NCBI GenBank assembly: GCA_045591315.1
Contig: JAZNSN010000026.1
Coordinates: 48,170 to 112,169, forward strand
Direction: 5' to 3'
DNA length: 64,000 bases
From: Bacteroidaceae bacterium
GTDB taxonomy: Bacteria; Bacteroidota; Bacteroidia; Bacteroidales; Bacteroidaceae
The translations under genes were made by a program, and so were the position numbers. The notes beneath the pieces were generated by a model. The model searched no databases, was not told where the DNA came from, and saw only the letters and a list, made by a program, of their open reading frames with translations. Below, in pieces: positions 34,590 to 44,380 of this stretch. Numbering within the stretch: position 1 is the first letter of the stretch; each line of letters begins with the position of its first letter.

Positions 34590-35900
34590 ATGAGTGAAAA
34601 CAAGAGAGCCTCGTTCGGGGGCAAATTGAGTGTGATACTTGTTTCGGCCGGCAGTGCTATCGGCCTTGGTGCAATATGGCGTTTCCCTTATATAGCCGGC
34701 AAGCACGGAGGGGCGGCATTCCTTGTGGTTTTCCTGTTGAGCGTGCTTGCTGTGGGCATCCCTGCCATGCTCGCCGAATTTGCTGTGGGGCGTAAGACAA
34801 GAAAGAATGCAGTAGGTGCCTTCCGCTCTCTCTCCAAATATTGGAGCTGGCTCGGTTACAGCGGTGTGATATGTGCCATGCTCATATCGGGCTATTACTA
34901 TATCATTGCCGGTTGGTCGCTTGAGTACCTTGTCAACTCGGCCGATGGCTCGATGTTCGCTTCTTCTCTCACATTCAAGGAACAGTTCGAGGCCTTCCAG
35001 GGTTCATACCGTCCGCTGTTCTATTGTATAGCATTTATTCTGTTGACCCACTTCATTGTGTCGAGGGGTGTGGAGAAAGGTATCGAAAAGGCTTCCAGGA
35101 TAATGATGCCGGCACTGTTTGTGATACTTGTACTCATGGCTGTGCGAGTGGCATTCATGCCTAATGCAGTGGAGGGTTACCGCTTCTTTCTCTCATGTGA
35201 CTTTGCCGAGGCATTCAAGCCCGAAACTATAATGATGGCTATGGGGCAGGCTTTCTTCTCGTTGTCTGTAGGCATGGGATGCATGGTTACCTATGCTTCA
35301 TATTTCAAGAACAACAACAATCTTTTCTCAACATCTTTCAATGTATCGATATTGACAATACTTGTATCGGTTCTGGCTGGTCTGGTCATTTTTCCGGCTG
35401 TGTTCAGCGCCGGGCTGCAGCCTACAGAGGGTCCTGCGATTGTGTTCGTGACACTGCCTGAAATATTCAGCGGCATGCCGTTGGCAGCAGTGTGGTCGGC
35501 AATATTCTTCGTGCTTGTAGTTCTTGCCTCGCTTACATCTACAATCTCTTTCCATGAGGTTATTACAGCATATCTCAGCGAAGAGTTCAAGCTCAGCCGC
35601 AAGGTATCTGCCGCAATTACTTCTGCATTGTCTATACTCCTATGTACAATGACATTCTTTTCGCTCTTCGGAGTGGATTTCTTTACGCTGTTCGATTATC
35701 TGTCGGCCAATATCATAATGCCGTTAGGCGCACTACTTACCTGTATTCTTGTAATATGGTTCATGAAGAAGAATTTCATGAAAGAGCAGCTTACCAATAA
35801 CGGCAGTGTGAACAAGTATATAGCACCGGTGGTCGTGTTCATGCTCAAGTATGTCACCCCGTTGCTGATATTCTATATATTCATCAAGAATTTCATCTGA
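34590..35900 (+). CDS. Sodium-dependent transporter, NSS/SNF family
   Basis: It has the motif GSAIGLGAIWRFPY and about 11-12 TM segments. Length is 436 aa. Confidence 0.85.
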   Translation: MSENKRASFGGKLSVILVSAGSAIGLGAIWRFPYIAGKHGGAAFLVVFLLSVLAVGIPAMLAEFAVGRKTRKNAVGAFRSLSKYWSWLGYSGVICAMLISGYYYIIAGWSLEYLVNSADGSMFASSLTFKEQFEAFQGSYRPLFYCIAFILLTHFIVSRGVEKGIEKASRIMMPALFVILVLMAVRVAFMPNAVEGYRFFLSCDFAEAFKPETIMMAMGQAFFSLSVGMGCMVTYASYFKNNNNLFSTSFNVSILTILVSVLAGLVIFPAVFSAGLQPTEGPAIVFVTLPEIFSGMPLAAVWSAIFFVLVVLASLTSTISFHEVITAYLSEEFKLSRKVSAAITSALSILLCTMTFFSLFGVDFFTLFDYLSANIIMPLGALLTCILVIWFMKKNFMKEQLTNNGSVNKYIAPVVVFMLKYVTPLLIFYIFIKNFI

Positions 35901-35910
35901 TAGATTATAT

Positions 35911-35950
35911 AACCATTAGGAGCAACGGATTTCCGTTGCTCCTAATGGTT
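35911..35950. terminator. Bidirectional terminator (NSS transporter / murF-alr)
   Basis: A 19-bp perfect stem (aaccattaggagcaacgga / tccgttgctcctaatggtt) has the loop tt. Confidence 0.75.
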
Positions 35951-35959
35951 ATAATAGCC

Positions 35960-38440
35960 TTAATCGCTGTAATAGACTCTCTTGATTCTTGTTGAGACAG
36001 ATGTGAGCACTTCGTACGGTATTGTCTCCAGCCATTCGGCAAGCTGTGCCACAGGGAGCGTGGGACCGAATATCTCAACAGTGTCGCCTTCCTTGCACTC
36101 GATATCCGATACGTCTATCATACACACATCCATGCAGATATTTCCTATATAAGGTGCTTTCTTGCCGTTCACTATGCAGTATCCTTTCCTGTTGCCGAGT
36201 TTGCGGTTAAGTCCGTCGGCATATCCTATGGGCAGTGCCGCTATGCGGGAGTCGCGTTCAAGGCTGCCTTTTCTGCTATAGCCTACGGTCTCCTCTGCAG
36301 GAACGTCATGTATCTGCAGAATAATAGTCTTGAGTGTTGATATCGGGCGCAGTCTTGCATCCTCTCCTATCGGCGATATACCGTATAACCCTATTCCAAG
36401 ACGAACCATATCGAGTTGCGATTCAAGGAACCGTTCAGCTCCTGCACTGTTGCATATATGGCGAAGAATCTTGTCAGGGAAGGCTTGCTGCAATGCTTTG
36501 GATGCCTGCTCGAAACGTTCTCTCTGTATCTGGCTGAATGCATCGAAGATAGGGCTGTCGCTGCCGACAAAATGTGAGAATACCGAGCGCGGAATAAGTA
36601 TGTTCTGACGTTTCAGTTCCTCAATAAGTGCCGGAATCTCTTCGGGCAGGAACCCCAGACGGTGCATGCCTGTATCTATCTTTATGTGTATCGGGTAATC
36701 GGTTATGCCTTCATGGTTTGCTGCCTGTATGAGCGACCTCAGCATGCCGAAGCTATATACTTCCGGCTCCAGTTTGTTGTCGAAGAGAGTGCGGAACGAA
36801 CTTGGTTCCGGGTTCATCACAATTATGCCGGTTGTTATTCCCTCCCTTCGTAGCTCTGCACCTTCATCGGCAACAGCTACCGCAAGGTAATCGACATTGC
36901 ACTCCTGCAATGTGCGTCCGACTTCCAGTGCTCCTGCGCCATAGGCCGAAGCCTTGACCATGCAAACGCACTTCGTGTTGGGGTTGAGTCTGTTGCGGTA
37001 CAGGTTGAGGTTGTCGCGGAGGGCACTCAAGTTAACTTCGAGTATTGTCTGGTGAACTTTCTTTTCAAGCACTTCCGATACATCTTCGAAATGGAACGAA
37101 CGCGAGCCTTTTATCAATACGCACTCACTCTTTATATCCTCCAGTATACCCGATGCAAGCAACTTTTCTGTGCTCTTGAAGAAGTGGCATACGATGTTGC
37201 TGCTTCTGAATATTTCAGCCTGTGACAGTATCTCCTTTCCTACACCTATGAACTTCTCTATATTTCTTTTTTCCATGAGTTGCAGAATTGTTCTGTACAA
37301 CTCTTGTGTGCTCTCGCCGCTCTGTTTTATGTCGGCCATGATAAGAGTGCGCTTCAAGCTGGGTGCAGTGCTGTTCCTACGCTCCATAAAGTCGAGAGCA
37401 ATATCCAATGATGCTGTATCGGAGTTATAGCTGTCGTTTATTACGATACATCCGCGCTTGCCTTCCTTTACTTCGAGACGCATGGCTACCGGTTCGAGGG
37501 ATTCCATTCGTTCTGCAATCGTTTCCTGCGGAACATTGAGATAGAGGGATACGGCAAGGCATGAAATTGAGTCTTCAATGGATGCTTCGTCAAGGAAAGG
37601 AATACGATAGCTGTTCTCAACAGAATGATATCTGTATGTTATAGTTGTTCCGCACTTCTCCTTTTCGACCGACTTTATATATAATGGCCTGCTTGGGTCT
37701 TTGCGCGACCATGCTATCTCTTGTGACGGAAGCATTGCGTGGGTGACGCAATCGGAAATAACCGGGTCATCGGCATTGTATATTATGATCTCGCAATTCT
37801 TGAAGAGAGATAGTTTCTCCCTGCATTTCTCCTGCAGGCTTCCGAAGTTCTCCTGATGGGCGCCGCTTATATTTGTCATGATGCCGATAGCCGGCCTTAT
37901 AATCTCTTGTAGGCTGTCCATCTCCTGAGGCTTTGAGATACCGGCTTCGAATATGCCTAATGTGCATTCTTTGCCGATTCTCCATACCGACAGAGGAACG
38001 CCTATCTGCGAATTGTAGCTGCGTGGGGAACGTATCACATTGTATGTTCCGGAGGTGAGCTGATATAGCCACTCCTTTACTATTGTCTTGCCGTCACTGC
38101 CGGTTATGCCTACTACCGGAATGCTGAAACGGGAACGGTGATGTGCCGCAAGTTGCTGCAATGCCTTTGTGCTGTCGTTGCACTCCAATATATTGGCATC
38201 GGCAAGGTTCTGGAATCTTTCGGCATCGTTTACAATAAAGTTCCTGACCCCTCTGCCGTAAAGTGTCTCCACGTAGTCGTGCCCGTCGCCGTGTCTTGTC
38301 TTTATGGCGAAGAACAGAGTCTCCTCCGGGAAACTGAGTGAACGGCTGTCTGTCAGCAAACGGGTTACACGGTTGCCAGGAGCCGGCAGGTTTCCTTTGG
38401 CTCTCAGTATCTCCTTTATCTTTTCAATAGTGTATTGCAT
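35960..38440 (-). CDS. Bifunctional UDP-MurNAc-tripeptide--D-Ala-D-Ala ligase (MurF) / alanine racemase (Alr)
   Basis: The N-terminal half has the Mur ligase P-loop GITGSDGKT. The C-terminal half has the PLP-lysine motif VKASAYGAG and an Alr C-terminal barrel. Length is 826 aa. Confidence 0.85.
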   Translation of the reverse strand: MQYTIEKIKEILRAKGNLPAPGNRVTRLLTDSRSLSFPEETLFFAIKTRHGDGHDYVETLYGRGVRNFIVNDAERFQNLADANILECNDSTKALQQLAAHHRSRFSIPVVGITGSDGKTIVKEWLYQLTSGTYNVIRSPRSYNSQIGVPLSVWRIGKECTLGIFEAGISKPQEMDSLQEIIRPAIGIMTNISGAHQENFGSLQEKCREKLSLFKNCEIIIYNADDPVISDCVTHAMLPSQEIAWSRKDPSRPLYIKSVEKEKCGTTITYRYHSVENSYRIPFLDEASIEDSISCLAVSLYLNVPQETIAERMESLEPVAMRLEVKEGKRGCIVINDSYNSDTASLDIALDFMERRNSTAPSLKRTLIMADIKQSGESTQELYRTILQLMEKRNIEKFIGVGKEILSQAEIFRSSNIVCHFFKSTEKLLASGILEDIKSECVLIKGSRSFHFEDVSEVLEKKVHQTILEVNLSALRDNLNLYRNRLNPNTKCVCMVKASAYGAGALEVGRTLQECNVDYLAVAVADEGAELRREGITTGIIVMNPEPSSFRTLFDNKLEPEVYSFGMLRSLIQAANHEGITDYPIHIKIDTGMHRLGFLPEEIPALIEELKRQNILIPRSVFSHFVGSDSPIFDAFSQIQRERFEQASKALQQAFPDKILRHICNSAGAERFLESQLDMVRLGIGLYGISPIGEDARLRPISTLKTIILQIHDVPAEETVGYSRKGSLERDSRIAALPIGYADGLNRKLGNRKGYCIVNGKKAPYIGNICMDVCMIDVSDIECKEGDTVEIFGPTLPVAQLAEWLETIPYEVLTSVSTRIKRVYYSD

Positions 38441-39411
38441 TGTTCTTTCTCTTTTTCAAAATCAAGATACGGCATTTTTTCTTCTAGTGCAGCAATCTTT
38501 CTTAGCGTGCCGGCAATGAATTCCTTGTACGAATCTGATGATGCATTGAAGGGCCTATGTCCCAGTGCACGCGCAATCTCTTCAATTTTCTTGTTCGTAT
38601 CTTCTGTGCAACTCTCGAAATAGCATTTGCCGAAACACTCCCATATATATTCTATCGCAGTGGCCGACGGGTGTACCATATCCTCGGCATAGAAACGGTA
38701 GTCGCGCAGCTCGTCGAGAACAATTTCGTATGCAGGGAAATAGAATGTATCGTCCGGATAGAGCTGCATGATGCGCTCTATGGCAAGTATAAGGGTTGCC
38801 TTGCTCTTCTGGTTGTCGTGTGCACCGTCGCGCAGGTGGCGTATGGGGCTTACTGTAAAAAGAAACTTGGTTCCGGCATTGCGTCTCTTGTAAAGCTCTA
38901 TTATGCGTGAGAATGTTTCTGCTATGGTGTCAATGTCAAGCAACTTGCGTGTGAACATGTTGCCAGGAAGCTTGTGACAGTTGCCGACAACAGTGTTGTC
39001 GATGTTGCGGTAATATGCGTATGCGGTGCCGAAGGTTACAATTACGGTGTTGCATTCCGATGATGCGTCATGTGCAGTTGAGAGACGGCTGTTTATACAG
39101 TCGAGAAGTTCCTCCTTGCTCCCTCGTGAGAAGTCGCTGTGGTGCATGAAGCTGTGCCACATGCCGTTGTGGAAAAACAGTTCCGGCGAAGATTCATTGA
39201 AAGGCTCTCCCGTAGCAACTCTTTTGAGGATTTCTGCAATTGATATCGGATTGTACTGAACACCGAACGGATTTAGGTGCAAACGGAATTTCCTTTCTTT
39301 CAGCTTGTTGCCGATGTTGGACGCAAAACAAGAACCCACAAGCATAATCTGTTCCCTGTGGCCAATGGCAAACTCGTTTGTAGGCAAACCTGCCGGTGTA
39401 GTGAATTGCAT
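38416..39411 (-). CDS. GSCFA-domain protein
   Basis: It carries the eponymous motif LVGSCFASNIG. Its stop overlaps the murF-alr start by 25 nt. I moved the start to the ATG at 39411 because a TATATTTG box at 39434-39441 (minus strand) lies inside the longer ORF. Confidence 0.75.
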   Translation of the reverse strand: MQFTTPAGLPTNEFAIGHREQIMLVGSCFASNIGNKLKERKFRLHLNPFGVQYNPISIAEILKRVATGEPFNESSPELFFHNGMWHSFMHHSDFSRGSKEELLDCINSRLSTAHDASSECNTVIVTFGTAYAYYRNIDNTVVGNCHKLPGNMFTRKLLDIDTIAETFSRIIELYKRRNAGTKFLFTVSPIRHLRDGAHDNQKSKATLILAIERIMQLYPDDTFYFPAYEIVLDELRDYRFYAEDMVHPSATAIEYIWECFGKCYFESCTEDTNKKIEEIARALGHRPFNASSDSYKEFIAGTLRKIAALEEKMPYLDFEKEKEQCNTLLKR

Positions 39412-39433
39412 CTTCTCTATTTTTATTGCTTGG

Positions 39434-39441
39434 CAAATATA
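39434..39441 (-). promoter_or_regulatory. -7 box (TATATTTG on the minus strand) for the GSCFA/murF-alr operon
   Basis: This is an exact TAnnTTTG match, 22 nt upstream of the ATG at 39411. Confidence 0.45.
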
Positions 39442-39492
39442 GTCACATTGCATTTATAATGCAAAAATAATCGACATCATTGGAATTTGTGC

Positions 39493-39500
39493 TATCTTCG
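39493..39500 (+). promoter_or_regulatory. -7 box (TATCTTCG), 195 nt upstream of dxs
   Basis: This is the same box variant seen upstream of ddh, pyrC and the kinase gene. Confidence 0.35.
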
Positions 39501-39506
39501 CGGCAA

Positions 39507-39625
39507 ATTGCGAAAGGGTAATAATGGCCTGCCAGGTGTGCAGCCGCGTGATGCAAGAGGTGCTTTCGGGGGCTGCAGCGCAATGACTGCGCATAGCCGC
39601 CTTCCTGTAAATGGCATTTTTTCAC
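39507..39625 (+). ncRNA. Candidate small RNA or leader (GC-rich island ending in a T6 run)
   Basis: A stretch of about 120 nt is markedly more GC-rich than its AT-rich surroundings. It contains the helices tgcagcc/ggctgca and gcgca/tgcgc and ends ...atggcatttttt. A second -7 box at 39657-39664 lies between it and dxs. Confidence 0.25.
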
Positions 39626-39656
39626 ATTTTTCTTTCCTTTATTGGGGAAAAAGGCC

Positions 39657-39664
39657 TATTTTCG
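39657..39664 (+). promoter_or_regulatory. -7 box (TATTTTCG) proximal to dxs
   Basis: It lies 31 nt upstream of the ATG at 39695. Confidence 0.35.
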
Positions 39665-39694
39665 CATTATCGGTAAAAGACTGTTTTGTTTGAA

Positions 39695-41590
39695 ATGGAT
39701 AATAAAGAGAAATATCCTCTGCTTGCATCGATAGATTCTCCAAAGGATTTGAGAGCGTTGCCCGAAAAGCAATTGCCTCAATTGTGCAAGGAACTCAGAG
39801 GTTTTATCATAGACTCATTGGCCAATAATCCCGGCCATTTCGCATCGAGCCTCGGCTCGGTAGAGCTTACGGTAGCTCTTCACTATGTATTTTCCACTCC
39901 CGACGACAAGCTTGTGTGGGATGTGGGGCATCAGGCATACGGCCACAAGATACTTACAGGCCGTCGCGACCGTTTCCATACAAACCGCAAGTTCGGCGGC
40001 TTGAAGCCTTTTCCTTCTCCCGATGAGAGCGAGTATGACTCCTTTGTTGCCGGTCATGCATCAAATTCGATATCTGCAGCATTGGGCCTGTCGGTGGCGG
40101 CAAAGCTTGAAGGACGTAATGAACATGTTGTTGCAATAATAGGCGACGGTTCTATGAGCGGCGGTCTTGCATATGAGGGCCTGAACAACCTTTCTAGTAC
40201 ATCCAACAACCTTCTTGTGATACTCAACGACAATAACATGTCAATAGACAAGAGTGTAGGCGGCATGAGCCAGCTCCTCATATCAATGCACTCGTCAAAG
40301 TTCTACAACAAGGTACGTTATGCCATAGCGAAAGGGCTTAGGAAAATAGGTCTTCTAAACGAAAGGCGTGCGAATGCTGTTATACGCTTCAATAATGGAC
40401 TCAAGGCTATGCTGTTCCGCAAGAACAACTTCTTTGAAGGCATGAATACCCGTTATTTCGGTCCTATAAACGGGCATGATGTTCATGAACTTGTACGCAT
40501 GCTCAAGAGCATAAAGGATATGACCGGGCCACGTATGCTGCATATCCATACAACTAAGGGAAAAGGGTGGAAACCGGCCGAAGAGAATGCTACCGAGTGG
40601 CATCAGCCCGGTATCTTTGATGTCGAGACAGGAGAGAGAATCGTTGTAAACGGAGGTTCTCCTCGTTTTCAGGATGTGTTCGGCGAAACGCTTGTCGAGC
40701 TTGCCAAAGCCAATGAGAAGATTGTCGGCATAACTCCTGCAATGCCTACCGGATGCTCTATGAATAAGCTTATGGAGGCTTTCTCCGAAAGATTCTTCGA
40801 TGTAGGCATTGCTGAGGGGCATGCAGTGACATTCTCTGCAGGTTTGGCAAAGGGTGGTGCTATGCCGTTCTGCAATATATATTCGTCGTTCATGCAGCGT
40901 GCATACGACAACTTCATACACGATGCTGCTTTGCAGCGTCTTGATATGGTACTATGTCTCGACAGAGCCGGCCTTGTAGGCGAGGACGGTCCTACGCATC
41001 ATGGAGCCTACGATATGGCCTTCCTGCGTCCGATACCGAATATCACAATATCTTCTCCTTATGATGAATGCGAGTTGCGCCGTCTGATGTACACGGCTTC
41101 TCTGCCTGGTAAAGGCACTTTTGTAATCCGCTACCCACGCGGCAAGGGTTCCCTTGTCGATTGGCGGTGTGAACTCGAAGAGGTTAAGGTTGGTACAGGA
41201 AGAGTGATTGCTGAGGGAACAGATGTGGCATTCCTTACAATAGGTCCTATTGGCAAGGTCATGGAGGATATTGTTGCCGATGCTGCATCAAACGGAGTAA
41301 GCGTAGCACATTATGATATGCGTTTCCTGAAACCTCTTGATGAGGCTATCATGCATGAGGTCGGAAAGAAGTTCAGATATGTGGTGACTCTTGAGGATGG
41401 CTCTGTAAAGGGTGGTCTGGGAAGTGCCGTGCTTGAATTCCTGGCCGCTAACGGCTACTCGCCAAAGGTTGAGATAATGGGGCTTCCCGATATGTTTGTA
41501 GAGCATGGTACGCCTGCTGAGCTATACCGTGCGTGCGGTATCGACAGGGAAAGCGTATTGCGTACAATATTAAAATTCAAGGAGCTATGA
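39695..41590 (+). CDS. dxs: 1-deoxy-D-xylulose-5-phosphate synthase
   Basis: The N-terminus reads [16 protein letters not shown], followed by [20 protein letters not shown], the TPP motif [16 protein letters not shown], and a transketolase C-domain. I prefer the first ATG at 39695 over the TTG at 39686. Confidence 0.95.
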   Translation: MDNKEKYPLLASIDSPKDLRALPEKQLPQLCKELRGFIIDSLANNPGHFASSLGSVELTVALHYVFSTPDDKLVWDVGHQAYGHKILTGRRDRFHTNRKFGGLKPFPSPDESEYDSFVAGHASNSISAALGLSVAAKLEGRNEHVVAIIGDGSMSGGLAYEGLNNLSSTSNNLLVILNDNNMSIDKSVGGMSQLLISMHSSKFYNKVRYAIAKGLRKIGLLNERRANAVIRFNNGLKAMLFRKNNFFEGMNTRYFGPINGHDVHELVRMLKSIKDMTGPRMLHIHTTKGKGWKPAEENATEWHQPGIFDVETGERIVVNGGSPRFQDVFGETLVELAKANEKIVGITPAMPTGCSMNKLMEAFSERFFDVGIAEGHAVTFSAGLAKGGAMPFCNIYSSFMQRAYDNFIHDAALQRLDMVLCLDRAGLVGEDGPTHHGAYDMAFLRPIPNITISSPYDECELRRLMYTASLPGKGTFVIRYPRGKGSLVDWRCELEEVKVGTGRVIAEGTDVAFLTIGPIGKVMEDIVADAASNGVSVAHYDMRFLKPLDEAIMHEVGKKFRYVVTLEDGSVKGGLGSAVLEFLAANGYSPKVEIMGLPDMFVEHGTPAELYRACGIDRESVLRTILKFKEL

Positions 41591-42924
41591 GAATCGTCAT
41601 CGCTGGTGCAGGAGCTGTAGGAACGCACCTTGCAAAGATGCTTTCCGAGGAGAGTGAGAATGTTGTTCTGCTCGATGAAAGCGAGGAAAAACTCGCAAAG
41701 ATGGAGGCTCTTCTTGATTTGCAGGCTATTGTAGGAGATCCGACGAAGATATCGGCACTAGAGAATGCCGGTGTTGATGATGCCGACCTGTTTGTCGCTG
41801 TAACACCCGATGAGAGCAGGAATATTACAGCCTGTATTCTGGCGCATTATCTCGGTGCAAAGAAGACAATAGCCCGAATAGACAACTACGAATATCTGAA
41901 GCCGAAGAACAAGGCTCACTTCCAATCCTTGGGAGTCGATACCTTGATTTATCCAGAACAGCTTGCAGCAGAGGAGATTGCAACAAGCCTAAAATATAGC
42001 TGGATGCGCCAGATGCTTGAGTTCGGTGACGGTGCTCTGGTTATGCTGGGTATAAAGATCAGGAGCAATGCCACAATACTGAATATTCCTTTCAAGGAAC
42101 TCTCACGCGATATCCCTTACCACATAGTTGCAATACAGCGAGGTGACGAGACAATCATACCGCGAGGAAACGATGTCATACAGGTAGATGACCTTGTATG
42201 TTTCATGACAACTCACGACCAGATTCCGTATATCCGTAGTATTACGGGTAAGGAGGATTTTACCGAAATCCGCAGTATTATAATAATGGGAGGAAGCCGA
42301 ATCGCGGTACGTACGACATGGCTTATTCCCGATAACATAAGCGTAAAGATAATAGAAAGCGATATTGCACGTTGCCATAAATTATTGGAGCTTGTCGATG
42401 ACAGAGTAATGATTATCAATGGTGATGCGCGCGACCCGGAACTTTTGCACAGTGAAGGTATCGACAATACCGATGCTTTCATCTCTCTCAGCGATAACTC
42501 CGAGTCGAATATACTAGCCTGTCTTGCTGCTAAGCGCGCCGGTGTCTATCGTACCGTTTCGGAGGTAGAGAATATCGACTACATATCAATGGCCGAGAGT
42601 ATGGATATAGGTTCCGTTATAAACAAGAAGAAACTTGCTGCCAGTACAATCTTCCAGATGATGCTCAAGACCGATGTGCTCAGCGTGAAGTGCCTTACAT
42701 TCATCAAGGCTGTAGTGGCCGAGTTCCCTGTAAACGAGGGCACATACATAACAAAGAGACCTGTAAAGGATTTGGGCCTGCCCAATGGCGCGAATATCGG
42801 AGGTCTTATAAGGAACGGAGAAGGTCTGCATGTTTCCGGCAATACGATGATACAGCCCGGTGACCATGTAGTAATCTTCTGCCGTGAGCATATCCTCAAG
42901 AAACTGGAAAAATTCTTTAAGTGA
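41587..42924 (+). CDS. trkA: Trk potassium uptake system NAD-binding subunit TrkA
   Basis: It begins [16 protein letters not shown] (Rossmann fold) and has two RCK modules. The ATGA overlap joins it to the dxs stop. Length is 446 aa. Confidence 0.9.
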   Translation: MRIVIAGAGAVGTHLAKMLSEESENVVLLDESEEKLAKMEALLDLQAIVGDPTKISALENAGVDDADLFVAVTPDESRNITACILAHYLGAKKTIARIDNYEYLKPKNKAHFQSLGVDTLIYPEQLAAEEIATSLKYSWMRQMLEFGDGALVMLGIKIRSNATILNIPFKELSRDIPYHIVAIQRGDETIIPRGNDVIQVDDLVCFMTTHDQIPYIRSITGKEDFTEIRSIIIMGGSRIAVRTTWLIPDNISVKIIESDIARCHKLLELVDDRVMIINGDARDPELLHSEGIDNTDAFISLSDNSESNILACLAAKRAGVYRTVSEVENIDYISMAESMDIGSVINKKKLAASTIFQMMLKTDVLSVKCLTFIKAVVAEFPVNEGTYITKRPVKDLGLPNGANIGGLIRNGEGLHVSGNTMIQPGDHVVIFCREHILKKLEKFFK

Positions 42925-44375
42925 TGTTCCATCCCAAAATAGTATTCCGGATCATTGGCTTGCTGCTTTTCATAGAGGCTCTGTTTCTTCTTGGCAGCGT
43001 AGCGGTATCATTGTACTACAATGAGGATACGGTGCGTCCTCTTATGCTGTCTGTTGGGGCTATGGTCGGTGCCGGAACACTCCTCACATATATCTGTTAC
43101 GGCACAGAGCGTAACATATCCCGCAAGGACGGCTATATTGTTGTTACTCTCTGTTGGGTAATATTTTCGCTTTTCGGTACGCTGCCGTACATGCTCACTG
43201 GTTATATCCCCGATTTTACCGATGCATTCTTTGAGACGATGTCGGGCTTCTCCACAACCGGTGCCACGATACTTCAGGATATCGAGGCTCTGCCTAAGTC
43301 TTTGCTCTTCTGGCGAATGATGACCCACTGGGTCGGCGGATTGGGTATCGTTTTCTTTACCGTGGCTGTTTTCCCGATATTCGGTCTTAGCGATATCAAT
43401 CTTTTTGCAGCGGAGTCGGGGCCTATGCGTGCTAAACTTCATCCGAGAATATCGGTCACTGCACGTTGGATTCTTACAATATATGTGGGGCTTACGGTGA
43501 TTGCTGCCGTGGCAATGTCCTTTGCCGGAATGGGCTGGTTCGATGCTGTCTGCCACTCCATGTCAACCATTGCGACAGGCGGTTTCTCGACCAGGCAGGA
43601 CAGTATTGCAGCATTCAATTCACCTGCCATTGAATATGTAACTGCTCTGTTCATGTTCCTTGGCGGAACAAACCTCTCATTGCTCTATCTCTTCCTGTTC
43701 AAGGCGCGTCCGCGCGAGCTCATGAAGGATGTGGAATTCCGTACGTATGCTGCGATTATCATCATCTTCTCGACAATGATAGCAGTGGGGCTCTATAGTA
43801 CAACGCCTATGAATCTGGAGGATTCTGTGCGTACTTCTGTTTTCCAGGTAATCTCGTTGCAGACAACTACCGGCTTTGCATCTGTTGACTACACCCTGTG
43901 GGTTCCGTTGCTGTGGCTTATGCTGTGTGCCCTGATGTTCTTCGGAGCGTGCTCCGGTTCAACATCCGGAGCGATGAAGTGCTTGCGAATATCAATCCTT
44001 TTCAGGGTGATGATAAATGAGTTCAAGAGAATTGTGCATCCGAATGCCGTGATTCCTGTGCGCATGGGCAGGAAGATTGTTCCCTCATCCGTGCAGTCGG
44101 CAATATTGGCATACACTGTGATATACATCTTCATACTTATTGTGGGGCTTTTCGTGAATATGGGTTTCGGCCTTGATTTTCTCGACGGATTCAGCCTGTC
44201 GGTATCTTCTGTAGGAAACGTGGGTCCTGCATTGGGCCATTACGGCCCAATGGATTCCCTGGCTATGCTGCCCGATGTGCTTAAGTGGTTCAGTGCCTTC
44301 CAGATGCTTGTAGGCCGTCTTGAATTCTTTGCGGTGCTGCTGCTCTTTACCCCGATATTCTGGAAGAGAAGATAA
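42924..44375 (+). CDS. trkH: Trk potassium transporter membrane subunit TrkH
   Basis: It is a polytopic membrane protein with the GFSTTGAT and TTTGFAS selectivity-filter-like motifs. A TGATG overlap joins it to trkA. Confidence 0.9.
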   Translation: MFHPKIVFRIIGLLLFIEALFLLGSVAVSLYYNEDTVRPLMLSVGAMVGAGTLLTYICYGTERNISRKDGYIVVTLCWVIFSLFGTLPYMLTGYIPDFTDAFFETMSGFSTTGATILQDIEALPKSLLFWRMMTHWVGGLGIVFFTVAVFPIFGLSDINLFAAESGPMRAKLHPRISVTARWILTIYVGLTVIAAVAMSFAGMGWFDAVCHSMSTIATGGFSTRQDSIAAFNSPAIEYVTALFMFLGGTNLSLLYLFLFKARPRELMKDVEFRTYAAIIIIFSTMIAVGLYSTTPMNLEDSVRTSVFQVISLQTTTGFASVDYTLWVPLLWLMLCALMFFGACSGSTSGAMKCLRISILFRVMINEFKRIVHPNAVIPVRMGRKIVPSSVQSAILAYTVIYIFILIVGLFVNMGFGLDFLDGFSLSVSSVGNVGPALGHYGPMDSLAMLPDVLKWFSAFQMLVGRLEFFAVLLLFTPIFWKRR

Positions 44376-44380
44376 TTCTG

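Noticed and set aside
39501-39625. I considered whether the GC-rich block upstream of dxs is SRP (4.5S) RNA or a TPP riboswitch.
   Set aside because: Neither strand has the SRP domain IV core (GNAR tetraloop flanked by GGAAGCAGC-type strands). The TPP riboswitch CUGAGA / ACCUGAUCUGGAUAAUGCCAGCG elements are also absent. It is kept only as an unclassified candidate RNA.
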